A stretch of DNA of 64,000 bases from Octopus bimaculoides (Eukaryota): contig NC_068982.1 in assembly GCF_001194135.2 (NCBI RefSeq), positions 41,106,319-41,170,318 on the forward strand. Reading direction: 5' to 3'. The position numbers were made by a program, and so were the translations under genes. How positions within the stretch are numbered: position 1 is the first letter of the stretch; each line of letters starts with the position of its first letter. Under the pieces are notes generated by a model. That model was not told the DNA's origin, ran no database searches, and worked only from the letters and a program-made list of their open reading frames with translations. Below are positions 42,162-53,001 of the stretch, one piece after another.

Positions 42162-42934
42162 AAGAAACTAGAAGTAGTTAATAGCTTCCGCTAGCTAGGT
42201 GACCAAGTCTGTAGTGGGGGTGGATGCTCTAAGAGTGTTGTCACTAGAATAAGAATAGCCTGGGCAAAGTTCAAAAAGCTCCTATCTCTGCTGGTAACAA
42301 GGGGCCTCTCGCTCAGACTGAAAGGTAGACTGTATGATGCATGTGTGCAAATAGCCATGCTATACAGCAGTGAAACATGGGCCATGACTGCTGAGGACAA
42401 GTGTAGGCTTGAAAGAAATGAAGCTAGTATGATCCGCTGGATACATAATGTCAGTGTGCACACACGACAGAGTGTAAGCGCCCTGAGAGAAGTGTTGGAC
42501 ACAAGAAGCATCAGATGTGGGGTACAAGAGAGACGCCTGCACTGGTATGGTCATGTGCTGCATATGGATGAGGAGAGGTGTGTGAAGAAGTGTCACACCC
42601 TAACAGTAGAAGGAACCTGTGAGAGGAAGACATGGGATGAGGTGGTGAAGCACGACCTTCGAACGTTGGGCCTCACAGGGGCAATGACAAGAGACCAAGA
42701 CCTTTGGAGATATGCTGTGATTGAGAAGACCTGGCAAGAAAAGTGAGATCACAGCCATAGCCTATACCAGTGTCACATAACCAGCCCGCTTGAGAAGACC
42801 TATTGAGTCAAGTAAAATCAGAATCAAAATCAAATCATGATTGAAATCAAAATGGTAATTGTAGTTGTAGCCGATGCAAATTGTCTAACCCATGCCAGCA
42901 TGGAAAATAGACGTTAAACAATGATGATGATGAT
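42162..42934 (+). mobile_element. 5'-truncated RTE-clade LINE (RT C-terminus + 3'UTR + (GAT)n tail) inserted in a family C SINE
   Basis: KLEVVNSFR*LGD...RIRIAWAKFKK...LYDACVQIAMLYSSETW...RRLHWYGHVLHM...KTWDEVVKHDL, with tail gttaaacaatgatgatgatgat. The SINE head at 42128-42161 resumes at ~42932. Confidence 0.92.
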
Positions 42935-43210
42935 TATAAGGTCATGAGTTCAATTCCTGATGATGCGTTGTGTCCTTCAGCAAGACACTTTATTTCATGT
43001 TGCTCCAGTGCACTCAGCTAGCAAAAATGAGTAGTACCTGTATTTCAAAGGGCCAGCCTTGTCACACTCTGTGTCACGCTGAATCTCCCTGAGAATTACG
43101 TTATGGGTACACATGTTTGTGGAGTGCTCGGCTATTTGCACATTAAATTCACAAGTAGGCTGTTCCATTGATCAGATCAACTGCAACTCTCATTGTCATA
43201 ACTGACAGTG
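42932..43210 (+). mobile_element. SINE family C remainder (B box + CORE/V/Meta-like gtgtccttNagcaagacac domain)
   Basis: gagttcaattcc..gttgtgtccttcagcaagacactttatttc..gttgctccagt. Related copies at 48838-49120, 54003-54260, 35040-35235 (-) and 2564-2700 (-). Confidence 0.72.
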
Positions 43211-43229
43211 TCAGTTTTTTTTTTTCATT

Positions 43230-43470
43230 TTTTGGTTTCTTATTTCTTCATTGCTCACAAGAGGCTAAACATAGAGGGGACAAACAAAGACAGACAAAGG
43301 TATAAAATCGATTACATCGACCCCAGTGCATAACTGGTACTTAATTTATCGACCCCGAAAGGATGAAAGGCAAAGTTGACCTCGGTGGAATTTGAACTCA
43401 GAACGTAACGGTAGACGAAATACCGCTAAGCATTTCGCCCGGCTTGCTAACGTTTCTGCCAGCTCGCCAC
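43230..43470 (-). mobile_element. SINE family B (tRNA head + Nin/Deu-like core), young copy
   Basis: Reverse complement ggtggcgagctggcagaaacgttagc..gttctgagttcaaattcc..gtcaactttgcctttcatcctttcggggtcgataaattaagtaccagt. The core resembles the Nin/Deu SINE domain (cctttcatcc..ggtcgataaa..gtacc). Confidence 0.82.
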
Positions 43471-43502
43471 CTTTTTTTTTTTAGGTTTCTTTCTACATAC
43501 AA

Positions 43503-43544
<42 letters not shown>

Positions 43545-44274
43545 GATGGGCTTCCACCCACACAGTTTCCATCTATCAAAGTCACCCAAAAAATATTGGT
43601 TTGATTTGAAGCTAGAAGTAGAAGACACTTGCCCAAGGTGCTGTGCAGTGGGACTGAACCCAAAACCATGTTGTTGCAAAGTGAGCTTCTTAATCACACA
43701 GCCATGCCTTCAGCTATAAATACTAAAACATATACTAAAATTAATGTGTTCTTTCTGGTTGAATCTTACAGAATACATTTTAACTCTTTTTTTTTTTTAT
43801 AGTATCATACAAGAAGTAATGCTTTCCTTGCATTTTTCCCTTTTAACATGAAAACCAGTTGTAAACTAAACCCAGATATACTGGAAAATAAATCTTTCTT
43901 CTTGATCTGTTTTTTTTTCTTTTCTTTTTCTTTTTTTTTATTATTGTTTTATGGAAGTTGCTGAATGTTATTGCAAGGATATAGGTCTCTTCGTGTTACC
44001 GCATCTAAGCTAGATATTGTATCAATATTCATTGCTAAAATGATTTAATGCTAACACAGAAAATATCAGAAAGAAGTATATATTGCACTATAACATGCTG
44101 TTTTCCTGTATATCACTGCCTTTAAGAAAAAATTGAATTACTCTGTGTAAATGTAATATATCTTCAACACAGATCTGAAGTCATTCATTCTAGTTTTGCA
44201 CTCAGAAACCTGGACAGAGAGTGAATTGGATTATTAAGCTATTTCAGTAACTGTGTTAAAAGCAAAATTGAATC

Positions 44275-44630
44275 TTACATCTTTTAGCTGTTTCAGTCTT
44301 TGGACTACGGTCATGCTGGGGCACTGCCTTGAAGAGCTTAGTGAAACAAATTAACTCCAGTACTTTGTTGTTGTTTTTTTTAAAGACTGGTACTTATTCT
44401 ATCAGTTTCTTTTGATGAATAGCTAAGTTACAAAGCAACACCAGTTGTCAAGCAGTGGTGAAGGGCAAATACAATACACACATATGATAGGCTTCTTTCA
44501 GTTTCCTTCTACCAAATTCACTCACAGGGCTTTGACCAGCCTGAGCTATAATGGAAAGCACAATGCAGTGGGACTAAACCTAGGACCACATGCATGGGAA
44601 GCAAACTTCTTATCACACAGCCACACTTGC
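44275..44630 (-). mobile_element. SINE family A ending ~45 bp upstream of the 44675 exon acceptor
   Basis: Tail and head modules in reverse orientation, ending acacagccacacttgc. Confidence 0.78.
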
Positions 44631-44674
44631 AACTATGAGATTTTCAAAAAAAATTTTTCTTCTTCTTCTTGCAG

Positions 44675-44757
44675 TCACCTCCCATCAAAAGCTCCTGAAG
44701 AAGAAAGGAAACACAAGCAAGAATATGAACAAATGGTGGAAGCTGCAAAAAAGAAAG
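44675..44757 (+). CDS. TBC1D12/14: Next coding exon (83 bp, phase 2 to 1) of the same TBC1D12/14-like gene
   Basis: Polypyrimidine acceptor tcttcttcttgcAG (44673-74) and donor G|GTATGG (44758). GG+T completes Gly in frame with the upstream exon, giving HLPSKAPEEERKHKQEYEQMVEAAKKK. This matches family NLPAK..EE..(K/R)H(R/K)Q.Y.EMV..AKKRE, which directly follows the TTALILEDRP motif. Confidence 0.93.
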
Positions 44758-46347
44758 GTATGGATATGTGACATCTCTTTGAAGAATTATAAATCTTTCT
44801 TTAAATTCTTTTATTCTTTCAGTGGTTTCAGTCATTGAAGTGTGGCTATGCTGGAGCACCACCTTCATGAGTATAGTTGATATATTGATGTCAGTATTTA
44901 TTTTCAAGTCTGGTGCATATTCAATCAATCACCTGGTCCTTAACATAACACCACCACTCGGTCTTTGGATGTCTTTAGAAGAATCCACTCTGTTTCAAGT
45001 ATTTCTGATCTAAGAATAAGTTCATACCTTCATGCTGCCAGTTTTAGAGCCCTTAAAAATGTCTTGGGGGCTTCTTTTCTTTCCTTTATCAAACCATAAA
45101 AACACAGATATCAACAACTTGGATCAACATACTGTGAAATTGGTGGGGAAATGAATAAAAATAAAATATTTAAATTTAATTTATATAAATTATTGAGTGG
45201 ACTTACATGCACTGCTGTCTTAGAACATGAGCTCACTGGACATTACTCTAGGTCCTACAAGTCTAGAGGCCCACTGTTTATCTATGTATACTATGACTGG
45301 CTATGTAGAGACCCCAATGCATTTCTTTCCTGAGGAGGGAGTGCTTAGTGCTTTAGAGTTGGCTGTTCTTATAAGCTTAAAGATCTTAAGTTCCAGGAAC
45401 TTTAATGTGTATTTGCTTAGTATAATTAATTCTTCTTTCCTTTGTTTACCTAAATGTTGGAATGTTGAGTTGGAACAGTGTCCTGTCCAATGAGAGATCT
45501 ATCTCTTATCTACTTAATACTGTGAAACCATAGCTAAGCATTAGTCCTTCAAATCATTATGGGATATGGGAAAAAAACAATTACCTGACGTCAGTGCAAG
45601 ATTAGAATATTTTAAAACAGACTATAAACATCCTCTTAATACTTTTGAGAATTTGCCTCTCTATCATTCACGTGTTTTTTCCTTTTTTCTTTCCTTTTCT
45701 TTTTTTCATTCTTTATAAACAATTTCATTTACTTTTAATTTGTGCTGCTCATTTGATAGAGATTACCTAAAGCATTTGTTGTGAAAAGAGAATTATAAGA
45801 AACAAATTATTACTTGTAGGTGTAAAAATGTTCTTAATTTAAAGTAAATCTTTTGTAAACAGAGTATCATGAAATAAATTCCAGTTAACAGCAGTTGTTT
45901 TGAGTGGTGGTTGAACTAGAATATAAATAAATACTTATTAAATTTGTTTCGATTGGAATAATATCCTATAGATTTCTTCATTCCCTCAAATAAATTACAA
46001 TACTTCAACATTAATTCCTCTGTACCATGCAGTACTGCCTGTCAGCTAAAAGTATTTGTTTCAAAAATAGCACTTAGATTTTAAGATATGCTAAAATGAG
46101 CCTCTTTCTTCTTGTTAAAAATGTCAGCAGTATGCCATTTTCCTCAGAGTAAACTAGAATGTCAGGCACAGGGGTAATTTAAAAAATAAATAAATGAATA
46201 AAATATGACTAACGGTAAGGTTAATGCTATTGATGTTCTATTTGAATTGCTACTGGTTAGAGGTTGAATGGAAACACAGATGAGAAAGGAATTCAGGGGA
46301 TGCTGCTTTGTTCTAGTGAAGAATTTAATATGTTAAGAAATTGTGAG

Positions 46348-46845
46348 TTATACAGAAGGTATTATGGTAGAGACAGTGACATGCACACACACACACACAT
46401 CAAAAGACTTACGGTAAGTTAAGATGAGCAGAAAANNNNNNNNNNNNNNNNNNNNNNNNNNNNNNNNNNNNNNNNNNNNNNNNNNNNNNNNNNNNNNNNN
46501 NNNNNNNNNNNNNNNNNNNNNNNNNNNNNNNNNNNNNNNNNNNNNNNNNNNNNNNNNNNNNNNNNNNNNNNNNNNNNNNNNNNNNNNNNNNNNNNNNNNN
46601 NNNNNNNNNNNNNNNNNNNNNNNNNNNNNNNNNNNNNNNNNNNNNNNNNNNNNNNNNNNNNNNNNNNNNNNNNNNNNNNNNNNNNNNNNNNNNNNNNNNN
46701 NNNNNNNNNNNNNNNNNNNNNNNNNNNNNNNNNNNNNNNNNNNNNNNNNNNNNNNTTATACAGAAGGTATTATGGTAGAGACAGTGACATGCACACACAC
46801 ACACACACATCAAAAGACTTACGGTAAGTTAAGATGAGCAGAAAA
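46348..46845. other. N gap (46436-46755) flanked by a duplicated 88/90-bp sequence; probable assembly overlap
   Basis: 46348-46435 equals 46756-46845 except (CA)8 versus (CA)9. Confidence 0.85.
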
Positions 46846-47362
46846 CATTGTAGTAAGTGTAAATAAAGAAAGCAGATGGATTACATAAGCTCTCCGTATC
46901 TTAAATAACAATGAAAGAAATAACGAGCTTTCATTATAACCGTAATTATAGAAACTTTGATAATTTTCTTGGATGGCATGGCTGTGTGATTAAGAGGCTT
47001 ACTTTGCAATCACATGGTTTCAGGTTCAGTCTCACAGCACAGCACCTTAGGCAAGAATCTTCTACTATAGCTCCAGGCCAACCAATGCTTTGTGATTGAA
47101 CTGAATTTGGTCGGCAGAATCTGTGTGGAATATATGTAAGTGTGTGTATATATTTGTGTGTGTAACGGTAAGATCCAAGGATCAAGGTGTAGGAAGTTAG
47201 TGAGCTTCAAGCAATCCATAGAAGATATAAAAAGCAACTTCCAGGAACAATAGTGGTTTATTGGTGCAGAAGGTTGTGAATATTTCCCATATCAAAGTCC
47301 GATAAGCTGAAAAAAAAAATTAATTTTATAGTTCACAGTTAGCAACAGGGGTTGTTGTATAT

Positions 47363-47763
47363 GTGAATAAACATTTAAAAATTTGGGAATGGAGTAAATA
47401 AAATCCAGGATACATTTGTTTCATAGCTAGTGGAATCTTAGAAGTAGTAAATTATCCAAACAAGAAGTAGACTGTAAGCTACTCTTCAAACTAAGGATAC
47501 CTTGATTATATGATGTTTACATTGTCGTTAAGAGATCCCATGTTAACTCATTGGGGATTCAATTGAATCCAAAAGTTAACACGGGATCTCCTAACAACAA
47601 TGCAAACTTCATATAATTAAGGCATCCTTGACCTGAAGAATAGCTTACAGTCTACCTCTTGTTTGGATAATTTACTACTTCTGTGGTTCCACTAACTATG
47701 AAACAAATGCAGCCTCGATTTTATCTACTCCATTCCCTAATCTTTGAATATATATATATTCAC
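47363..47763. repeat. Long foldback (inverted repeat): ~176-bp ungapped arms at ~86% identity with a central palindrome
   Basis: 47373-47548 pairs with 47574-47749 (coordinate sum constant at 95122) with 24 mismatches. Centre GGATTCAATTGAATCC at 47555-47570. Confidence 0.95.
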
Positions 47764-48298
47764 TCGGAGTGGTTGGCATTAGGAAGGGCATCCAGCCATA
47801 GAAACTCTGCCAAATCAGATTAGAGCCTGGTGTAGACATCTGGCTCACCAGTCCTCAGTCAAATCGTCCAACCCATGCTAGCATGGAAAGCGGACGTTTT
47901 TTTTTTTGTGCGGGTGGCACATGAAATGCACCATTTTGAGGGTGGCTGTTGCCAGTACCACCTGACTAGCCTTCGTGCGGGTGACACGTAAAANNNNNNN
48001 NNNNNNNNNNNNNNNNNNNNNNNNNNNNNNNNNNNNNNNNNNNNNNNNNNNNNNNNNNNNNNNNNNNNNNNNNNNNNNNNNNNNNNNNNNNNNNNNNNNN
48101 NNNNNNNNNNNNNNNNNNNNNNNNNNNNNNNNNNNNNNNNNNNNNNNNNNNNNNNNNNNNNNNNNNNNNNNNNNNNNNNNNNNNNNNNNNNNNNNNNNNN
48201 NNNNNNNNNNNNNNNNNNNNNNNNNNNNNNNNNNNNNNNNNNNNNNNNNNNNNNNNNNNNNNNNNNNNNNNNNNNNNNNNNNNNNNNNNNNNNNNNNN

Positions 48299-48835
48299 AG
48301 AGAGAGAGTTCACGGCTGTATCCTACACCAGTTTTGCATAACCACCCCCAGCCCATTCAAAAGTACCTTGGATCATGGGTGACCTGCTGTGCTTGAGTAG
48401 ACCTATTGAGTCAAGTACATCAAAATGAAAATCAAATGGAAATTGTAGTTGTGATACCAGTGCTGGTGGCATGTAAAACGCACTATCCAAATGTGGCTGA
48501 TGCCAGCGTCGCCATGACTGGCTTCTGTGCCAGTGGCACGTAAAAAGTACCAACCGATCATGGCTGTTGCCAGCCTCCTCTGGCCCCTGTGCTGGTGGCA
48601 CGTAAAAAGCACCAACCGATTGTGGCCGTTGCCAGCCTCCTCAGACTCCTGTGCTGGTGGCACGTGAAAAACACCCACTACACTCACGGAGTGGTTGGCA
48701 TTAGGAAGGGCATCCAGCTGTAGAGGCACTGCCAAATCAAACTGGAGCCTGGTGCAGCTTCCTGGCTTCCCAAACCCTAGTCTATCCGTCCAACTCATGC
48801 TAGCATGGAAAACGGACATTAAGCGATGATGATGA
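48299..48835 (+). mobile_element. RTE-family 3'UTR containing a ~62-bp tandem array and a (GAT)n tail
   Basis: Shares gacctattgagtcaagta..aatcaaa..ggaaattgtagttgt with 42780-42870. Units start at 48460, 48527, 48589 and 48651, and the element ends ggacattaagcgatgatgatgat. Confidence 0.8.
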
Positions 48836-49923
48836 TATAGTGTGAAGATGCATGGCTCAGTGGTTGGGGTGTTGCACTCACGATTGCAAGATCATGGGTT
48901 CAGTTCCCAAACCGGTTGTTGCATTGTGTTCTTGAGCAAAGCACTTCATTTCACGTTGCTCTGTGACCATTTTGTCATCTGACATGTGGCATCCGTTGTA
49001 CCTGTACAGTTAATGTTGATTTTGATGGAGCGAATGACATTTGATCACTATAAACAAATCATCTGTGTGGTTGTTCGATAAGAAATTGTCAAACCCTCAT
49101 ACATCGTCTAACAATGGGAGAGTCCATTATATATATATAAAATCATCATCATTTAATGTCTCTGTGGCATGCTAAGGTGTATATATGTTTGTCATAATCA
49201 TCATTTAATGTCCACGACATGAGTTGGATTGTTTGACAGTAGCTGGCCAGCTGAAGAGTTGCCTGGGCTCCATGTCTGTTTTGTCATAGTTTCTACAGCC
49301 AGATGTCCTTCCTAATGCCAACCACTTTACAGAATGTACTGGGTGCTTTTACACAGCTCCAGCATGAGCACTTTTACTTGGAATTGGCACGGGTGCTTTT
49401 TACATGGCACCAGCACCCACAAGCCCACAAGACGAGTAATGCTCAGCTGGTGTGCGCTTTAGTGTTTATCCCACGTACTTGACAACAAATGCTGGTTTAT
49501 TTACATGTCAGTAACTTAGCAAAAGATAGTGATAGAATAAGTACCAGACTTAAAAAAATAATTCCTGAGGCCAATTTGTTTGATTAAACACTTCAAGGCC
49601 ATACCCCAGCATTGACACAGTCCAACGATTGAAACCAGTGAAAGATAAGATACAAAAGATCATAAGGGTTAAAGATTCAGTATTATATGTCTATAATATT
49701 CAGTGTCTATGTTTGTTGTTGTTCTTCTTCTTTTTAATCCAAATTAATTAAATTCACTGCTTGTTTCACTATCTTTTTATAATTTAATATAAATAAACAA
49801 GTTGAATTACTGAATAATTTTTATTTTTCTAGATTTCACCCTATTATTTATTGTTTAATAGTATGTATAGTATCTTTGTTTCTTTTTATAGACATACCAT
49901 AACCACTGTGAATGTGTCTTTGA

Positions 49924-49954
<31 letters not shown>

Positions 49955-49956
<2 letters not shown>

Positions 49957-50392
49957 AAAGTGAGTGAGCTGGTAGATTTGTTAGCAGCATTTCACCCATC
50001 GCTATGTTCAGAGTTCAAATTCTGCGAAGGTCGACTTTGCCTTTCATCCTTTCGCGTTCAATAAATTACGTATCTGTTGCATACTGGGGTTGATCTAATC
50101 GACTGGCCCCCTCCTCCAAAACTTCAGGCCTTGTGCCTATAGTAGAAAGTATTATTATTATTATTATTATTAAGATAGCAAGTTGGCAAAATCATTAGCA
50201 CATTGGGCAAAATGCTTAACAGCATTTCTTCCAGCTCTTTATGTTCTCAGTTCAATGTCACTGAGGTCAACTTTGCCATTCATTTTTTCGAAATTAATAA
50301 AATAGAGTATCAGTTGAGCACTGGTATCAATGTAATTGACAAGCCCCTGCCATCCTCCAAAATTTCGGGCCTTGTGGCTATAGTAGAAAGGA
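49955..50392 (+). mobile_element. Two tandem family B SINEs in an (ATT)n tract
   Basis: Copies at ~49955-50150 and 50172-50392. Confidence 0.8.
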
Positions 50393-50910
50393 TTGAGTGA
50401 GAGAGCAGCACATACCATCAAAGTGACACTGTGCTACAAATATACAAAGCCCAATATACCCATCTGACAAGGGTACACCAGACACATGCATCATAGCCAT
50501 ATGTGCATGACATGGTGACCTCATATCAAGATAAACAACATATGACCTTACCGGTGGGACACAATTAGAATTTTCTTCTGGTTGAGAAGCCTATCCCACT
50601 CGAAAGGTCCCTGAATAAGGGTTGTTTAAGGATGATGAATGAAACGCTTATGTTTCCAGGTGTGAATTATTCAAACCACAAAGGTTCCATCTCAACCTGG
50701 CTATGATACTCCGCCACTTGTGATCAGAGATGCACATATCGTCAGCCACCAAGGGACATGCTCAACTGGTTAAGTTCAAGCAAATATCCGGTATTGAGCA
50801 GAATATTTGCTGTAGCCCAGCTTTTACACCAAGACAAAATATACATGATAACACTTCCAATAAGTTAAGATCAAAAACCATGAGAGCCACTGCCTTGTAC
50901 AGCATCAGGG

Positions 50911-50946
<36 letters not shown>

Positions 50947-50956
50947 NNNNNNNNNN

Positions 50957-50997
<41 letters not shown>

Positions 50998-51377
50998 CCT
51001 CTTTCAGTTTTGTTTCCATTTCTTGCCGAGTGTCTTCTCAACACCTAGGGCAAAGAAACTCACTGTATACACTGGTAGGCCATTAAAATAAACATATGAG
51101 AGCGAATAAAATAAACATACAAAGTCATGTGATAGAAAAAAAAGGAGATTATTACTATTATTATCATTATTAAGGCAGTGAGCTGGCAAAAGGCTAACAA
51201 CATTTCATCCCACCTTATGTTCTAAGTTCAAATGCCACCAAGGTCGGCTTTGCCTTTCATTCTTTTAGGGTTAGTAAAATAAGTACCAGCTGAGTACTGG
51301 GGTTGATGTAATTGACTTACTCCCTCCCCTGAGCTTGCTGGCCTCATGCCAAAATTTGAAATCAATATCATTATTAT

Positions 51378-52535
51378 TATTAATATTTTGGTTCGGTCTT
51401 ATTTCTGGTAGGAATTATGTGGATCGCGGGTTACTACTTGTAACCCTAGGTATCCACAAGTTTTCAGTAGTCTTTCTTTCAAGTGCTTAGAACCCTCCTG
51501 ATAATCCTTGCTGTCCCTAAGGGACAAACTTTCTGTAGGAGCTCTACCAGGTATTCTATTTCAATCTCCTTCGACCATTTGTCTATATCTTGGCTTACTG
51601 TTTCTAATGCCCCAATTATTATAGGCATGACCTTTATTGTTTGCATGCTCCAAATTCTTCTTATTTCAAACTTTATGGGACTGTATTTTTTGTTTTTCTT
51701 CCTCTTTCTTTACAATCTTGGAATCAAATGAGCATGATGGGTCAATAAGTAAGCAACTTTGCTTTTCCTTATCTACAATCATTATATCTGGTCTATTATT
51801 TTCTAATTTCTTGTCCGTTTGAATAGGAAAGCCCCACAAAATCTTTACATTTCTCCAACTCCGGTACTCTTTGGACTCAATTATTGTACCATGTGTTTCC
51901 AGCTTCAAATCCCCATTTCTGGCACAATTTCCAGTGTATAATCTGGTCGTGCTTCCACTTCTTATATTTTTCCTGTGCCAGCTTGGGGCATTCTACCACA
52001 ATGTGTGCCACTGTCTCATTCCAAGTTCCACAAGCTCTACATTTTTCTAGCACATTCTTTCCATATATATTTTTCCTCAAGTTATTTGTTTTTATCGCTT
52101 GATCTTCAGCTGCTACAATTAGGCTTTCTGTTTCTTTTTTTTAATTGCCCCTTTTTCTAACCAAGCCCAGGATTTTGTTCCACATATGTCTTCAGGGGCT
52201 CTCCAAAATTGGCCATGCAGAAGTTTCTCTTCGATCTGTCTGACATGCTCTCTTTGTATTTTGTTCTTGTCTTTTTTTTCCTATTACGCGCTTCATCACC
52301 TGTTCTTTATTAACTGTCTTTAGTAGATTTCCTGTGCTGCTTTGTAAATACTCTACTAAACTTTTTCTTTCCATCTGTATGCAGTCTTCTACTGCTGTTA
52401 AGCCTTTTCCACCCTGGTCTCTCCTCAAGTACAGCTGGTTGATATCAGCTTTCAGATGATGGGCTCCATACATCAACAACTTCCTAGTTTTTCTGTCAAG
52501 ATTCTTATCATTTCTGGTCCAGTCTATAGTTCCAA
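51378..52535 (-). mobile_element. 5'-truncated R4/Dong-like non-LTR retrotransposon with restriction-like endonuclease, flanked by (TAA)n
   Basis: Minus-strand frames give DWTR..LDRKTRKLL.YGAHH.KADI..LYLRR..GG.GL..VEDC, the CCHC knuckle CRACGTWNETVAHIVVEC, the RLE motif RPDIMIVDKEKQSCLLID, and the C-terminus LLQKVCPLGTARIIRRVLST* (stop 51479-81). It carries frameshifts. Confidence 0.9.
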
Positions 52536-52632
52536 TTATTATCATTATTATTATTATTATTATTATTATTGTTATTATTATTATTATTATTGTTATTATT
52601 ATTATTGTTATTGTTATTATTATTATTATTAG

Positions 52633-53001
52633 TATTACCTCCACCTTAGTGAAGGTGGAGGTATTGTTTCCAGTCATGTTTGTTTGTTTGTCTGTGGACA
52701 AGATATTTCAAGAACTGCTGGATGGATTCAGATGAAACTTTCAGGGATGTTTGGCCTCATGACTGGCATGAACTGATTAGATTTTGGAATTGATCTGGTA
52801 CCAGACAAGGATTCTGGATTATTTTTCCGGTGTTTTTACTTAATTTTTGAGAGCAGTCAGGTTCAATTTTTTGGTATTCTCGTTTTTGAATGCAGTCAAG
52901 TTTATTTCAGATATTCTCATTTTAAAAATCATCTCCAGCTGATCATTGAGAGGACATTGGTGTTGCCTTGGCAGAGGTTTGCGCTCTCTGAGTGCTCTTG
53001 T
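52633..53001 (+). mobile_element. Helentron-associated non-autonomous element (HINE / DINE-1-like)
   Basis: 5' 12-bp hairpin TACCTCCACCTT-agtg-AAGGTGGAGGTA (52636-63), a (GTTT)n/(GTCT) core, a 3' subterminal repeat TTGGCAGAGGT (52968-78), then a short hairpin GCGCTC-tct-GAGTGC (52981-95). Confidence 0.72.

Larger units (their letters stand above)
8405..44674 (+). other. 36,270-bp phase-2 GT-AG intron of the TBC1D12/14-like gene
   Basis: The protein reads continuously across the junction (ENRP-G-HLPSK). No intervening family sequence is expected and none was seen. Confidence 0.85.

Noticed and set aside
48460-48670. Regularly spaced repeats resembling a CRISPR array
   Set aside because: The inter-repeat parts are homologous to each other (plain tandem units), there are no cas genes, and the context is eukaryotic.
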